Source: a virus
Taxonomy: Duplodnaviria > Caudoviricetes
Reading direction: 5' to 3' (one strand)
Length of the DNA stretch: 64,000 nucleotides
IMG/VR virus record: IMGVR_UViG_3300010151_000010
Location: 1-64,000 of that record
The notes beneath the pieces are model-generated. The model saw nothing but the letters and a program-made list of their open reading frames with translations, made no database searches and was not told where the DNA came from. The position numbers were made by a program, and so were the translations under genes. Positions 54,648 to 63,293 of this stretch are shown here, one piece after another. How positions within the stretch are numbered: the stretch's first letter is position 1; every line of letters starts with the position of its first letter.

Positions 54648-55325
54648 TCAATCTAAGCGACGGTGGAGCGAGTCAATTCGACGACCCATCACATCTCTTG
54701 TCTGTTTATCTCTCAAAACTGAAAGGGCTTGTTCCATAGCATCTGAGCCACCGTAAGCATCGTAAGACTGTCCAAGTTCTTTATCACCCATACTTCCAAA
54801 CACGTCTTCTGTAAATGGTGGCTTCCAACGCATAGTGTCTAACTCACCTACTGTGTCTCCCCATGCTTGCCCCTTTTCGCCTCCCTGCGCTCTATATGGG
54901 CCAGAACCGCCCACGTCCACATAGGTAGGAGTACCATCGGGTCGCATTAACACATTATCCATATTCGCCCCTAATACGTCCCAATTTGCTATGAGGGCTT
55001 GAGGAACAAAACCTTCCTGTAATACTCCAATATCCTTCCTGTTAGAGAGCGAGGGCTGTCTTGCCCCACTCTCAAACTCAGTGAGCATTAACGGCATTCC
55101 TCTCTCATCTCTTTGCAGCGATGCTTTAGGTACACCCACTCCCAATTCGTGGAGATACCTATTGAAATCGAACTCGTTATCAATGTGTTTAGCGTGAGCG
55201 CCGCGCTTCACAACCACTTTCTCCCCCGAAGGGAGGGTCATTTGCACTGCTCCTGTGGAGCCGCCTAAGTATCGAGGGTCACTTGCTTGAAGATGTTCCC
55301 ATGCCTTCGCTAAAGGGTCCATCAT
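54648..55325 (-). CDS. Atypical kinase-like protein (PI3/4K, HipA or actin-fragmin kinase-like)
   Basis: LGGSTG, VVK, NE, LGVGVP, ANWD, DN, YVDVG motifs. Confidence 0.65.
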   Translation of the reverse strand: MMDPLAKAWEHLQASDPRYLGGSTGAVQMTLPSGEKVVVKRGAHAKHIDNEFDFNRYLHELGVGVPKASLQRDERGMPLMLTEFESGARQPSLSNRKDIGVLQEGFVPQALIANWDVLGANMDNVLMRPDGTPTYVDVGGSGPYRAQGGEKGQAWGDTVGELDTMRWKPPFTEDVFGSMGDKELGQSYDAYGGSDAMEQALSVLRDKQTRDVMGRRIDSLHRRLD

Positions 55326-56083
55326 TTATGCACCGTTGGGTTAATCGGAGTCTCGCCGTCATTATAGATATACTTGTCCTTAACTTCCGGCTTTTCCTCG
55401 CTGAATAATACATATTGATGCTCTCTTCTTCCTTTCTTACAATGGAAAGAAATTGCCGCTTTTTTGATGATTTTGAGTTCTTCACCCAACAACAACAATC
55501 TGCCAGCAGAACCTCTTGGCACGTCTTGCCATGCCCATTCGAGGATTTGTGCCTTAGTCGTCGGGGTTCCCCTCATCTCTAAGAACTTCGTGAGAGTTTT
55601 GAATCTCTTTTCCTGCATCGGCGTTAGAGGTTTTTTCGGCGTTTCGTCTATTAGACTTGAACTTGGTATAGGTATGTCTGCATTCTCGAATGCCTTGCTG
55701 ATTCGAGAGTTCACGATAGCGAGTTTTTCTGAGAACTTCTTTTCCATGCTATCCACGAGAGCGATTTTCTCATCAAAAATCTGCTCCACCTTTTTCTCGA
55801 CTGCTTCCGTAAGTAAATTAAGCGCGTGAGTTTCTATGTCTCTCACTATCGTATTTTGCTCTCCCTGTTGGATTTCAACATTAAGTTCAATCGCTCCTAT
55901 TTTGTCTTCTATTTCTCTCAATCTCTTGTATGCGTCTTTGCTCATATCATCACTTCTTTTCTTTATTTGTCTGTGTAGGTTCTTTACTCTCGGACTGCAC
56001 TCATCGCACGTCCAGCGTTGAGACGTAAATGATATAGCACGAAATGGTTTCTCGCATTTTCGACACGTTCTTATATATGACAT
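55322..56083 (-). CDS. Zn-finger, coiled-coil and putative winged-HTH protein
   Basis: CRKC...CDEC; heptads; C-terminal TKAQIL...SAGRLL...K.I.K. Confidence 0.6.
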   Translation of the reverse strand: MSYIRTCRKCEKPFRAISFTSQRWTCDECSPRVKNLHRQIKKRSDDMSKDAYKRLREIEDKIGAIELNVEIQQGEQNTIVRDIETHALNLLTEAVEKKVEQIFDEKIALVDSMEKKFSEKLAIVNSRISKAFENADIPIPSSSLIDETPKKPLTPMQEKRFKTLTKFLEMRGTPTTKAQILEWAWQDVPRGSAGRLLLLGEELKIIKKAAISFHCKKGRREHQYVLFSEEKPEVKDKYIYNDGETPINPTVHK

Positions 56084-56104
56084 ATATCCACCAACCTATT
56101 TTAA

Positions 56105-56821
56105 CTAATCATTCATAGAATCGAGTATTCCACTCCACATAGTATATCCAACGTCGTCATATTCGTCTTCCGCCTTCTGTATCATAGATTCGACTTTCTC
56201 AATCTGTTTTACTTGCTTCTTCTCAAGTAAAGACTCTAATTCATTCTTCGCATCTTTCTTCACCTTCTTGTTATTCATGCAATCAGGGCAGGTCATGCGC
56301 AGTTTACCTCGTCCTTTCTGCTCTTTCTCTTGCTTACACTTCTTACAGGTATAAGCCCGTATAACAGGGTCGTAGTTCTTCAACGCCGAGACTCTTGCGA
56401 TTTCGTTGCGTTGCTTCAATTGGCATACAGGGCATCTCGTAGCAAGTTTACCTCGTCCTTTCTTAGTTCCTAAAGCGGTTTCGCAATCAATGCAAGTGCC
56501 TTGTTCACGAATAATCGGTCTGAATGTCTTGACTCGATATTCAGCATTTTGCTTCTTCTTGAGTTTGGTCCGGCATTCTTCACACCGCTTGATTGTGCGC
56601 CCTTTTCCTTTCTGTGTAATTTCAGTATCGCAGTCTTCGTTCTCACAAATGCGCTTTCGCACTACGCGAGGTTTAGGCTTCCTCATTTGCTTCCTGTATT
56701 TCTTCAAGCATGATTCTTTGGCGCACATACTCGGTGCGCGTCCACGTTTCACTTCGTAAGTGAAGGATTCGTCGCAGATTTTGCATGATAAACTCAACCC
56801 CCATACTGATTCCTTATCCAT
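56105..56821 (-). CDS. Basic protein with four tandem zinc-finger repeats
   Basis: Four Cx2-4C...G(R/K)...Cx2-4C units. Confidence 0.75.
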   Translation of the reverse strand: MDKESVWGLSLSCKICDESFTYEVKRGRAPSMCAKESCLKKYRKQMRKPKPRVVRKRICENEDCDTEITQKGKGRTIKRCEECRTKLKKKQNAEYRVKTFRPIIREQGTCIDCETALGTKKGRGKLATRCPVCQLKQRNEIARVSALKNYDPVIRAYTCKKCKQEKEQKGRGKLRMTCPDCMNNKKVKKDAKNELESLLEKKQVKQIEKVESMIQKAEDEYDDVGYTMWSGILDSMND

Positions 56822-56825
56822 ACAC

Positions 56826-57074
56826 TCACCGCCTCCGCTTTCTTATGTCGTCTATATATTCGAGTATCGCAGCCACTCCAGCAAAGCACCAAAACCAATC
56901 GCTATCAATATCTGAATAGCCTGTCACATTCGACAGGCTTCCAATTACTATGACTAAACCTGCTACGAGCATTCCTTCGTGTCGTATGATTCTCGGCGCT
57001 AACGCCTGTATATCTTCAACCGTTAATTCGCCATCATCATTAAAGTCGAGAAGGGCCGTAATTTTCTTTTTCAT
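56826..57074 (-). CDS. Small membrane protein with an EF-hand-like loop
   Basis: DFNDDGELTVED followed by two hydrophobic helices and a basic tail. Confidence 0.65.
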   Translation of the reverse strand: MKKKITALLDFNDDGELTVEDIQALAPRIIRHEGMLVAGLVIVIGSLSNVTGYSDIDSDWFWCFAGVAAILEYIDDIRKRRR

Positions 57075-57075
57075 A

Positions 57076-57237
57076 TTACTCTTCCTCCCCACAACTACAT
57101 ACAGCAATTTCATATTCACTATACCGATGACCTTCATCTATTATATCTCCACACTTATCACACTCTTCTGTACGAAAAACCCAATCAGGTAAATCATCTT
57201 CAGGATGCCATGTGCTTCTATCAGGAACTGAACGCAT
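57076..57237 (-). CDS. Zinc-ribbon microprotein
   Basis: CDKCG...CSCG; start MRSVPD. Confidence 0.55.
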   Translation of the reverse strand: MRSVPDRSTWHPEDDLPDWVFRTEECDKCGDIIDEGHRYSEYEIAVCSCGEEE

Positions 57238-57242
57238 TATAC

Positions 57243-57536
57243 TCACTCCAACATTTCCATCAAGTCCTCGATATTGGACTTCTGCCAACCTAATGTTCCA
57301 CCTTCTGTTATGCACTCAGCACTACATCGGGTGCAAAGGAGGTGGACATTCCCAATCTCCCACATATCTGAGTTCACTGTCGTTAGAGTCCATACGTGAC
57401 CCTCGTCTCGACAGACTTCCAGATACTTCTGTATGTCTCTTTGCTTCATGAGGTCGCTTAATTTACTCGCAAGTGCTTGTCGTTCATCTGTTAGTTTTGC
57501 TATTTCTTCATCGTATTTTTTTGCCATGTTTCTCAT
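57243..57536 (-). CDS. Coiled-coil plus Zn-binding protein
   Basis: C...GH.W...CTRC. Confidence 0.65.
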   Translation of the reverse strand: MRNMAKKYDEEIAKLTDERQALASKLSDLMKQRDIQKYLEVCRDEGHVWTLTTVNSDMWEIGNVHLLCTRCSAECITEGGTLGWQKSNIEDLMEMLE

Positions 57537-57544
57537 TCTCCTAT

Positions 57545-57567
57545 TACTATCTTCGTTTAAATACCAA
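57545..57567 (-). promoter_or_regulatory. Conserved 23-bp element, copy 4
   Basis: Exact copy; TATTTAAA begins 27 nt upstream of ATG 57536. Confidence 0.85.
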
Positions 57568-57934
57568 GATTGAGATATGTTCTCAAATAGAGAGGACTAT
57601 CATCACGTGCGCGAACGGGCGTGCGTTTTGTATAGATGCCGAGTTTCTTTGGTTTCGCTTTAACCTCGCTCGCTTTATCCACGTTCTTATCAACATACCA
57701 CTGCTCTCGCAGTTTATTTCTTCGCTCAAGTTCAGATGTGCAGTCCTCACATCTCGGTAATTTCTGATACAGACCTTGGGATTCACTCATGTAAGCGTCA
57801 CTCCAGCCTGCTTCTTTCTTTGCATTTTTACATAGGCTGCCGCCTTCCCATAGAGGATGAAAACCCCCCATGTATATGTGAATACGAGTCGGTGTCTTAG
57901 CCATATGCTCACCCTTAATCGTTTCCGCCACCAT
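57557..57934 (-). CDS. Hypothetical Zn-binding protein
   Basis: H...LC...CEDC; stop lies inside the promoter-like motif. Confidence 0.55.
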   Translation of the reverse strand: MVAETIKGEHMAKTPTRIHIYMGGFHPLWEGGSLCKNAKKEAGWSDAYMSESQGLYQKLPRCEDCTSELERRNKLREQWYVDKNVDKASEVKAKPKKLGIYTKRTPVRARDDSPLYLRTYLNLGI

Positions 57935-58601
57935 CTATTGTCTCATTTTCATCCTCAAACACTTCTTCATCGGCCAAGTCACTCTTTGAGAGGAACTGAT
58001 TGTGGTTATACTTGTAGCCATACTTGTAGCCACGCTTGTTATTTGATTCATCTAAGACAGGCATATCATCCTCTTCTATTGGTGAGGGTTCGACAAGCGT
58101 TGAATTGATTGGCTCAAACGTTCTGTTAATATGCGATTCTCCCGTTTCAAGTTCGCGTTCTATTCTTTCGAGGTAGTCTGATGGGGTGTGTTGTCCTTCA
58201 CCGTTAGGCCATCGCTTTAGCACGAGCGAAAGAATGAAGACATTATTTTCCGACTTAGTCCTCCTGTTATTCCTCTCAAAGGTAGTAACTCTTCTTTCCG
58301 TTTTGTAATTATAACCCCACATATAGTTGCGGCTAACGTATACGTTGCCTTTTTGTTCCAAACGAAGACATATATGGAGTGATTTAGGATGCGTAGGTAT
58401 CACGGGATGGCGTGGCAATTTCTTTCCATTGAGTGCGTTATTCACTTTGTGTATGTGTGATTCCTCATTCCCGAAGGCGGTCTGTTTTTGCGCCATAAGC
58501 CCTATGAACTCAGCGATTTCTTCTCGCGTTCCGCCAATACGAACTGAGTTGTGCATCTGCGGGTAGGCTATATGAGGAATGAAGTGATTATAGTGTTTCA
58601 T
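57915..58601 (-). CDS. Hypothetical protein with an acidic tail
   Basis: 228-aa coupled ORF. Confidence 0.6.
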   Translation of the reverse strand: MKHYNHFIPHIAYPQMHNSVRIGGTREEIAEFIGLMAQKQTAFGNEESHIHKVNNALNGKKLPRHPVIPTHPKSLHICLRLEQKGNVYVSRNYMWGYNYKTERRVTTFERNNRRTKSENNVFILSLVLKRWPNGEGQHTPSDYLERIERELETGESHINRTFEPINSTLVEPSPIEEDDMPVLDESNNKRGYKYGYKYNHNQFLSKSDLADEEVFEDENETIDGGGND

Positions 58602-58828
58602 TTGCTCTTCTCCTTGTAATCAACGTGGTCTTTTGGTAATTTATGCGCTCTTCTATCCATCATGTTCTGTATCAATACTGATACGGACTTAACCGCCTTA
58701 TCAAATCTCTCGCTTGATACCTTGTCTGGACACATGGAAGAGTGTAGTTTCCGAAGGTTTATCTCGTCCGTTAAGACGCGCAAGATTTCATACTCTGCAT
58801 GACTAACGCTCGCCGCTCTTCCTCTCAT
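58598..58828 (-). CDS. Hypothetical protein
   Basis: Coupled ORF; start MRGRAAS preferred. Confidence 0.55.
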   Translation of the reverse strand: MRGRAASVSHAEYEILRVLTDEINLRKLHSSMCPDKVSSERFDKAVKSVSVLIQNMMDRRAHKLPKDHVDYKEKSK

Positions 58829-59075
58829 CCTTCTCCCTCTTCTCTTGCATGGCCTCAATCATCTCCTTCAATACCACAATCATCTCCTTTGTTTGCGGTA
58901 GTGTGAGTCTAACTCCGTGTCGAGTGAAATGAGGTGGAGTCTTGGACATATTCATGATGCGCATATCTATCCAATCCTTGCCGTAGTATTCGATGGAGCG
59001 CAGGTGAATAACTCCCTTGTTGTCCTTCCACTTACCTTCCATGCTCGGACTCTTCCACGCTATCTCGTCACTCAT
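58803..59075 (-). CDS. PC4/Sub1-like ssDNA-binding protein
   Basis: IEYYGKDWIDMR...TRHGVRL matches the PC4 F.G..YIDIR...TKKGISL pattern. Confidence 0.75.
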   Translation of the reverse strand: MSDEIAWKSPSMEGKWKDNKGVIHLRSIEYYGKDWIDMRIMNMSKTPPHFTRHGVRLTLPQTKEMIVVLKEMIEAMQEKREKDERKSGER

Positions 59076-59181
59076 GTTTCTCACTCCAAGTTACTCTCGT
59101 CACGTATACGCCTGTATCAATCTCAATCATATCTTCATGATACCACGCCTTTGCTTTCCAGCAGTATTTCCGTTCACTCAT
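59068..59181 (-). CDS. 37-aa microprotein
   Basis: Hand translation MSERKYCWKAKAWY...; fills the gap with overlaps at both ends. Confidence 0.4.
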   Translation of the reverse strand: MSERKYCWKAKAWYHEDMIEIDTGVYVTRVTWSEKHE

Positions 59182-59360
59182 CCCAACTTCCTCCAATCCG
59201 CTAGGTAGCAACTGCGCTTACAGTATTGATAGGTTTGGGGAATCGTGGGTGGAATCAGCCCCTTGTCGTGTAGCATAAGGGTAACGGATGAGTCATCAAC
59301 AATCCTGTACCAAGCGGTGCTTTCATAGCCGCAGTGAGAACACTTTACATCGTCACTCAT
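59178..59360 (-). CDS. Zinc-finger (CxxC...YCxxxC) microprotein
   Basis: CSHCG...YCKRSC. Confidence 0.55.
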   Translation of the reverse strand: MSDDVKCSHCGYESTAWYRIVDDSSVTLMLHDKGLIPPTIPQTYQYCKRSCYLADWRKLG

Positions 59361-59387
59361 TTTATCTCCGCCTTCTTTATTAGTCAT

Positions 59388-59690
59388 TCACATTTCCTCC
59401 CCTTTCAATAAACAAGCGATATATGATAATGCCTCATCCATTTCGATTGGCTCATGGTTACACCATTGGGCTTTATCCCATACCGTACACATGAGTTTAC
59501 GCAATCGTTTGATTTCTGCTAAGAGAAGTGGTGCGTCTGCTATGAGTCGTGCGTCTGCACCAAACTTCAACTCAAGGTCAAGTCCTTGCTCTCCGAATCT
59601 CACCGCATGGTGTGGATTATCTGCACCCATCTTGTAAGTAGTCCACTGGTCGGCAGGTGTGTGTCCTGTATATTTGTCTGTATCAATCAT
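59388..59690 (-). CDS. MIDxDKY-family protein A
   Basis: MIDTDKYTGHT...LIADAPLLLAEIKRLRK. Confidence 0.7.
   Translation of the reverse strand: MIDTDKYTGHTPADQWTTYKMGADNPHHAVRFGEQGLDLELKFGADARLIADAPLLLAEIKRLRKLMCTVWDKAQWCNHEPIEMDEALSYIACLLKGEEM
59496..59547. repeat. 52-bp internal block shared with 63057-63108 (49/52) and partly with about 62477-62523
   Basis: Direct comparison; encodes LIADAPLLLAEIKRLRK on -. Confidence 0.9.
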
Positions 59691-59851
59691 TCCTCTTCAC
59701 CTCCTTGACATTCTTCGCACAAGCCTTGCTTGTTCATGTCCTCCAATGGGTAAGCGAGGGAACACCCTAAGCAATAGCCCATGAGTATTCCTTTCTTTAC
59801 TCCCTCGATGTAGTCTTCGTCGTGTCCTTCGTATTTGTCTAAGTCAATCAT
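59687..59851 (-). CDS. MIDxDKY-family microprotein B (leader fused to a Zn finger)
   Basis: Hand translation MIDLDKYEGHDEDY...CLGC...LCEECQGGEEE*. Confidence 0.6.
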   Translation of the reverse strand: MIDLDKYEGHDEDYIEGVKKGILMGYCLGCSLAYPLEDMNKQGLCEECQGGEEE

Positions 59852-59853
59852 TC

Positions 59854-60171
59854 TCAACACCAACCCTCTTTTTCTAATCTATCTATGTCAAGCACTTCGG
59901 ATTTCTCTTCGCACTCCATACAACAGTCTGTTCCACCATAACCAGTGCGAGTGTGTTTAGGCTTCGCTCCATTCATTATGGCTTGTTCTCTGTTACATAT
60001 ATCTCTAGGAGTAAAGAACCTACCCACATAGCCACCACAACCGCAAAAATATGGTTTCTCACAAAAGGGACACGATGACATTTCTTCATCACATTTTATG
60101 CACCAATAGACTTTCTTAGGTTCTTCTTTAGGTTCTTCTTTAGGTTCTTCTTTCTTCTTCCAAAATCTCAT
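59854..60171 (-). CDS. Cys-rich protein with KEEP x3 repeat
   Basis: Several CxxC; 12-bp tandem repeat near the 5' end. Confidence 0.6.
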   Translation of the reverse strand: MRFWKKKEEPKEEPKEEPKKVYWCIKCDEEMSSCPFCEKPYFCGCGGYVGRFFTPRDICNREQAIMNGAKPKHTRTGYGGTDCCMECEEKSEVLDIDRLEKEGWC

Positions 60172-60175
60172 TCAA

Positions 60176-60448
60176 TCACCATTCCTCGCATAGAATTGTT
60201 GCCGAATCCTCGCCACCCTCGTTCTCATATATGAAATAGCGACCATATTCGTCACACCAATCATACCCAGCAGCACGAAGGACATGCCCACTCACAATAG
60301 TGACCCCTAACACATCAGCAATTTCTTGACATATTTTGTATTCTTTCTTAACCGACACCTCACCTAATTTGTCATCGCATCTAACCTCGTTGAGATATGA
60401 TTGCGCGGTTATCTTCAACAACCGTATCAATTCACCCTTTGTCGCCAT
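60176..60448 (-). CDS. Hypothetical protein
   Basis: SD GGTGAT before ATG. Confidence 0.6.
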   Translation of the reverse strand: MATKGELIRLLKITAQSYLNEVRCDDKLGEVSVKKEYKICQEIADVLGVTIVSGHVLRAAGYDWCDEYGRYFIYENEGGEDSATILCEEW

Positions 60449-60452
60449 TCAA

Positions 60453-60767
60453 TCACCGTTCCTCAGTTGTCTTTTGTTGTTGAGGGCAACACTCATGATT
60501 ACCACAACCACAACACTCATCCAAACAGCATTCGCGTTGTTTGCGTTCTTCTTCATCTCCTAGCATCTCTCTTATTTTCTCGATTACTTTGGTCAGGTAG
60601 TAAATCTGAACATACACTTTCTCATCTTGAAGTTGCCATAATGGGGTGTCTAACTCAGCGAGCAATTCCTCATAACCCTCATCGGTGAGAAGGTACTCTA
60701 TGACTTGATTATCTTCAAAGCGGAAGCGTCTTGACCGACCGAACGAAGTTTCATCAGCCCTACTCAT
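60453..60767 (-). CDS. Hypothetical protein with a Cys-cluster tail
   Basis: ECCLDECCGCGNHECC. Confidence 0.6.
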   Translation of the reverse strand: MSRADETSFGRSRRFRFEDNQVIEYLLTDEGYEELLAELDTPLWQLQDEKVYVQIYYLTKVIEKIREMLGDEEERKQRECCLDECCGCGNHECCPQQQKTTEER

Positions 60768-62209
60768 TCCTCTTCCCCCTTCATCACAGCGTAGTCGAAC
60801 GGAGCAAGGAGCGAGATAATCTCGTCCAATACTTCATCTCGTCTATCGTCGTTCAATAATTCCCCACCATCATCCCTATGTGTTAAGGCCACTATATCAC
60901 TCATTACCTTATGATAGGTTTCTAACTCAGTGAAAATCTTGGGGAGATTTCTCAACACGTGCCACGCTTGCGGCTCGGTATTTTCTTTGTGATACAACCT
61001 CACCTCCACTTCTGGTTTTGGGAACCACCTATGCAAATCTTGATGGTAATCATGGCCGACGCTGAACGCTCCGCTATCGTATGTGTCTAAGGATGGTAAA
61101 TCGAAGGAAAATCCATCAGCATTTTTCTCTATATCTAACTGACGCGAGTTAGATGATGATGAAAACCACACCTCTATGATTAGAGAGTCGAGCAAATCAC
61201 CAAATCCTTCATAATTGAGGTAGGCAATTGCTTCTGATTGGATTCGCTCGTATTCCCTCTTATACTCCTTGAACATTGGTGTCTTTCGATAGAGATTGTA
61301 AATCTGAGTGTGATTCATTTGGTCGATGCCGTATTTCTTCTTAACAGAATACATGGGATGGAGGTCGTTCCACCACGCTTGAAATATCCTATCCGGTGAG
61401 GTGTAATAATTTTGGAACTTCGTTTTGAATAAGACTGTTGTAATGTGTCTATCTTTCTTACTTTCACTTTCGTTAATTTGAATTAACACGTTCCTTAAGT
61501 CATCGTGAGCCTTCACGACAAAATCAGAAGCGATAGTGTCTGCAATCATTTCTATTAGACCTACTACGCCGTCATTCAAATTATCCGCCGCCCATTGTTC
61601 GGCAGTAAAGAGGCCCGTCAGTAAATGCCCCGTATCTTCTGATGTTATGTTCTCATATCCACTTGCTCCAAGAGAGATTGCCGCAGTATAGTGTGGGGAA
61701 TTAACTTCTATTCCTACTTCTTCCAATTTACTAAGGGATATCTGCCTTCTTTTAGGGCGCACTATGTGGAGTTTATTGTCTTCTATGAATTGATTACTTG
61801 CGTTTAGTATTTCCAATGCACTGTATCTCCCTGTTCCTACATTCCCAAACGATAGGGCAGACGGGCATGTTACCTCATCCATGTGAAGATTATTATGTGC
61901 AGATGGCAACAGGCTTACACCCTTCTCTCCATCCCATAGTCTCTCTTGCGTTTGATGCACGGCGTTGAACTTCTCCGCCAATATAGGAATCATATCAATG
62001 AACTTATTGAATCCACCTTCGCTATCGAAGTATAGACCAGCACGCCTGCCGGTAATTAGATTAAGTGGATGCAAAACTACATCGTTGCATAAAGCCTTAT
62101 TTCGAGGCTTAGAGCATGACTTATCGGTAAATGCTAATCCACTTGGAGCCACTGAAAGGAAGGCTCGTATGGCTTCCCATTCGTCATCGCTAAGAGTATT
62201 CATTTTCAT
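60764..62209 (-). CDS. Hypothetical protein
   Basis: 481-aa ORF; no motif recognised. Confidence 0.7.
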   Translation of the reverse strand: MKMNTLSDDEWEAIRAFLSVAPSGLAFTDKSCSKPRNKALCNDVVLHPLNLITGRRAGLYFDSEGGFNKFIDMIPILAEKFNAVHQTQERLWDGEKGVSLLPSAHNNLHMDEVTCPSALSFGNVGTGRYSALEILNASNQFIEDNKLHIVRPKRRQISLSKLEEVGIEVNSPHYTAAISLGASGYENITSEDTGHLLTGLFTAEQWAADNLNDGVVGLIEMIADTIASDFVVKAHDDLRNVLIQINESESKKDRHITTVLFKTKFQNYYTSPDRIFQAWWNDLHPMYSVKKKYGIDQMNHTQIYNLYRKTPMFKEYKREYERIQSEAIAYLNYEGFGDLLDSLIIEVWFSSSSNSRQLDIEKNADGFSFDLPSLDTYDSGAFSVGHDYHQDLHRWFPKPEVEVRLYHKENTEPQAWHVLRNLPKIFTELETYHKVMSDIVALTHRDDGGELLNDDRRDEVLDEIISLLAPFDYAVMKGEEE

Positions 62210-62235
62210 TCCTCTTCATCTCCTTTATCCCTTCT

Positions 62236-62661
62236 TCATATCCGCGGACTGTAACCTAACACTTCTTCAATCAATTCTTCGTGAGTTAAGTTAATACATC
62301 TGTCAATAATTTGCTCACCCGTTGCAGGTGCAATTGATTGTCCTACAATCGCTTCCTTGAGTTCCATGTATTTCTCACGGAACTCGGTCAGTTGCTTGAC
62401 TTCTGCGTGTAGGTCTAAGCATTTACAATCTTCAAAAGCATACTCCAAGACTGAAAAAGTATTCTCCAAGACTGAACGCAACCGCTTCACTTCTTCAAGG
62501 AGAAGTGGTGAGTCTGCTATGAGGGAAGAGTCATTACCGGAAATGTTGGTAGCCACGATTGTTTTACCCACTACAACATCAGTCGTGCGATAATCATTCG
62601 CTTTTGCTACAACCCTCCACGGCCCTTCCGTGTGTCCTTTGTATTTGTCTAAGTCAATCAT
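62236..62661 (-). CDS. MIDxDKY-family protein C
   Basis: MIDLDKYKGHTEGPW...LIADSPLLLEEVKRLR; SD GGAGGTGA; start 62661. Confidence 0.7.
   Translation of the reverse strand: MIDLDKYKGHTEGPWRVVAKANDYRTTDVVVGKTIVATNISGNDSSLIADSPLLLEEVKRLRSVLENTFSVLEYAFEDCKCLDLHAEVKQLTEFREKYMELKEAIVGQSIAPATGEQIIDRCINLTHEELIEEVLGYSPRI
62617..62661. repeat. 45-bp gene-leader block identical to 63243-63287
   Basis: ccacggcccttccgtgtgtcctttgtatttgtctaagtcaatcat; partial copies at 59822-59851 and 59659-59690. Confidence 0.95.
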
Positions 62662-62921
62662 CCCGTCACCTCCACGCCATTGACGCTGAAACATTCCGTA
62701 ATCTGCTCAATGGTTGGTAGGTCGTCGTCGTCGTCGCTAGAAGACCAACGTATAGCATGAATGTCCTCAATAAGTATATCAATATCCCCACTCTCTTGCG
62801 AACCTAACTCCCTGTAATTTGCACTAAACCAACCTATACGGCCATCACTCATAGTGAACTTGTATTGCCTGAAATATGTGATGTCAATTATCTCATTGTA
62901 CAAATCGTATTCTATTTTCAT
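62658..62921 (-). CDS. Hypothetical acidic protein
   Basis: 87-aa coupled ORF. Confidence 0.6.
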   Translation of the reverse strand: MKIEYDLYNEIIDITYFRQYKFTMSDGRIGWFSANYRELGSQESGDIDILIEDIHAIRWSSSDDDDDLPTIEQITECFSVNGVEVTG

Positions 62922-63293
62922 TCAATCACCATCTCCGTATTTGTATGGTTCATCTTCCCACCCAATATCTTCATCAATTGCTTCATACATTTCTTTGTCA
63001 TAGTGGGAAATGTAATCACCCAACCTGCACCAATCATCTTCCCACTTCTTGATTGCTTTACGCAATCGCTTGATTTCTGCAAGGAGAAGTGGTGCGTCTG
63101 CTATGAGTTTGAGGTCAGGGTTCATTGTGAGGTTAGGGTCGCCATTCGGCCTAGTTATTAACACTATGAACTCATCTCGGTCAGGGTCGTTCCGTTCATG
63201 GATAGCCGCAAGTGTCCAACCATCATCATCGGTATTGTATTCCCACGGCCCTTCCGTGTGTCCTTTGTATTTGTCTAAGTCAATCATTTTCAT
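62922..63293 (-). CDS. MIDxDKY-family protein D
   Basis: MIDLDKYKGHTEGPW...LIADAPLLLAEIKRLRK. Confidence 0.7.
   Translation of the reverse strand: MKMIDLDKYKGHTEGPWEYNTDDDGWTLAAIHERNDPDRDEFIVLITRPNGDPNLTMNPDLKLIADAPLLLAEIKRLRKAIKKWEDDWCRLGDYISHYDKEMYEAIDEDIGWEDEPYKYGDGD

Noticed and set aside
41503-57567. 23-bp repeats as a CRISPR array
   Set aside because: Copies are 2-11 kb apart with genes between them, not 30-40 bp spacers; the Cas4-like gene is solo
60169-62930. GGTGATTGAATG 12-mer at three gene starts as a recombination site
   Set aside because: Adequately explained as the archaeal SD GGTGAT plus spacer and ATG; close variants occur on both arms
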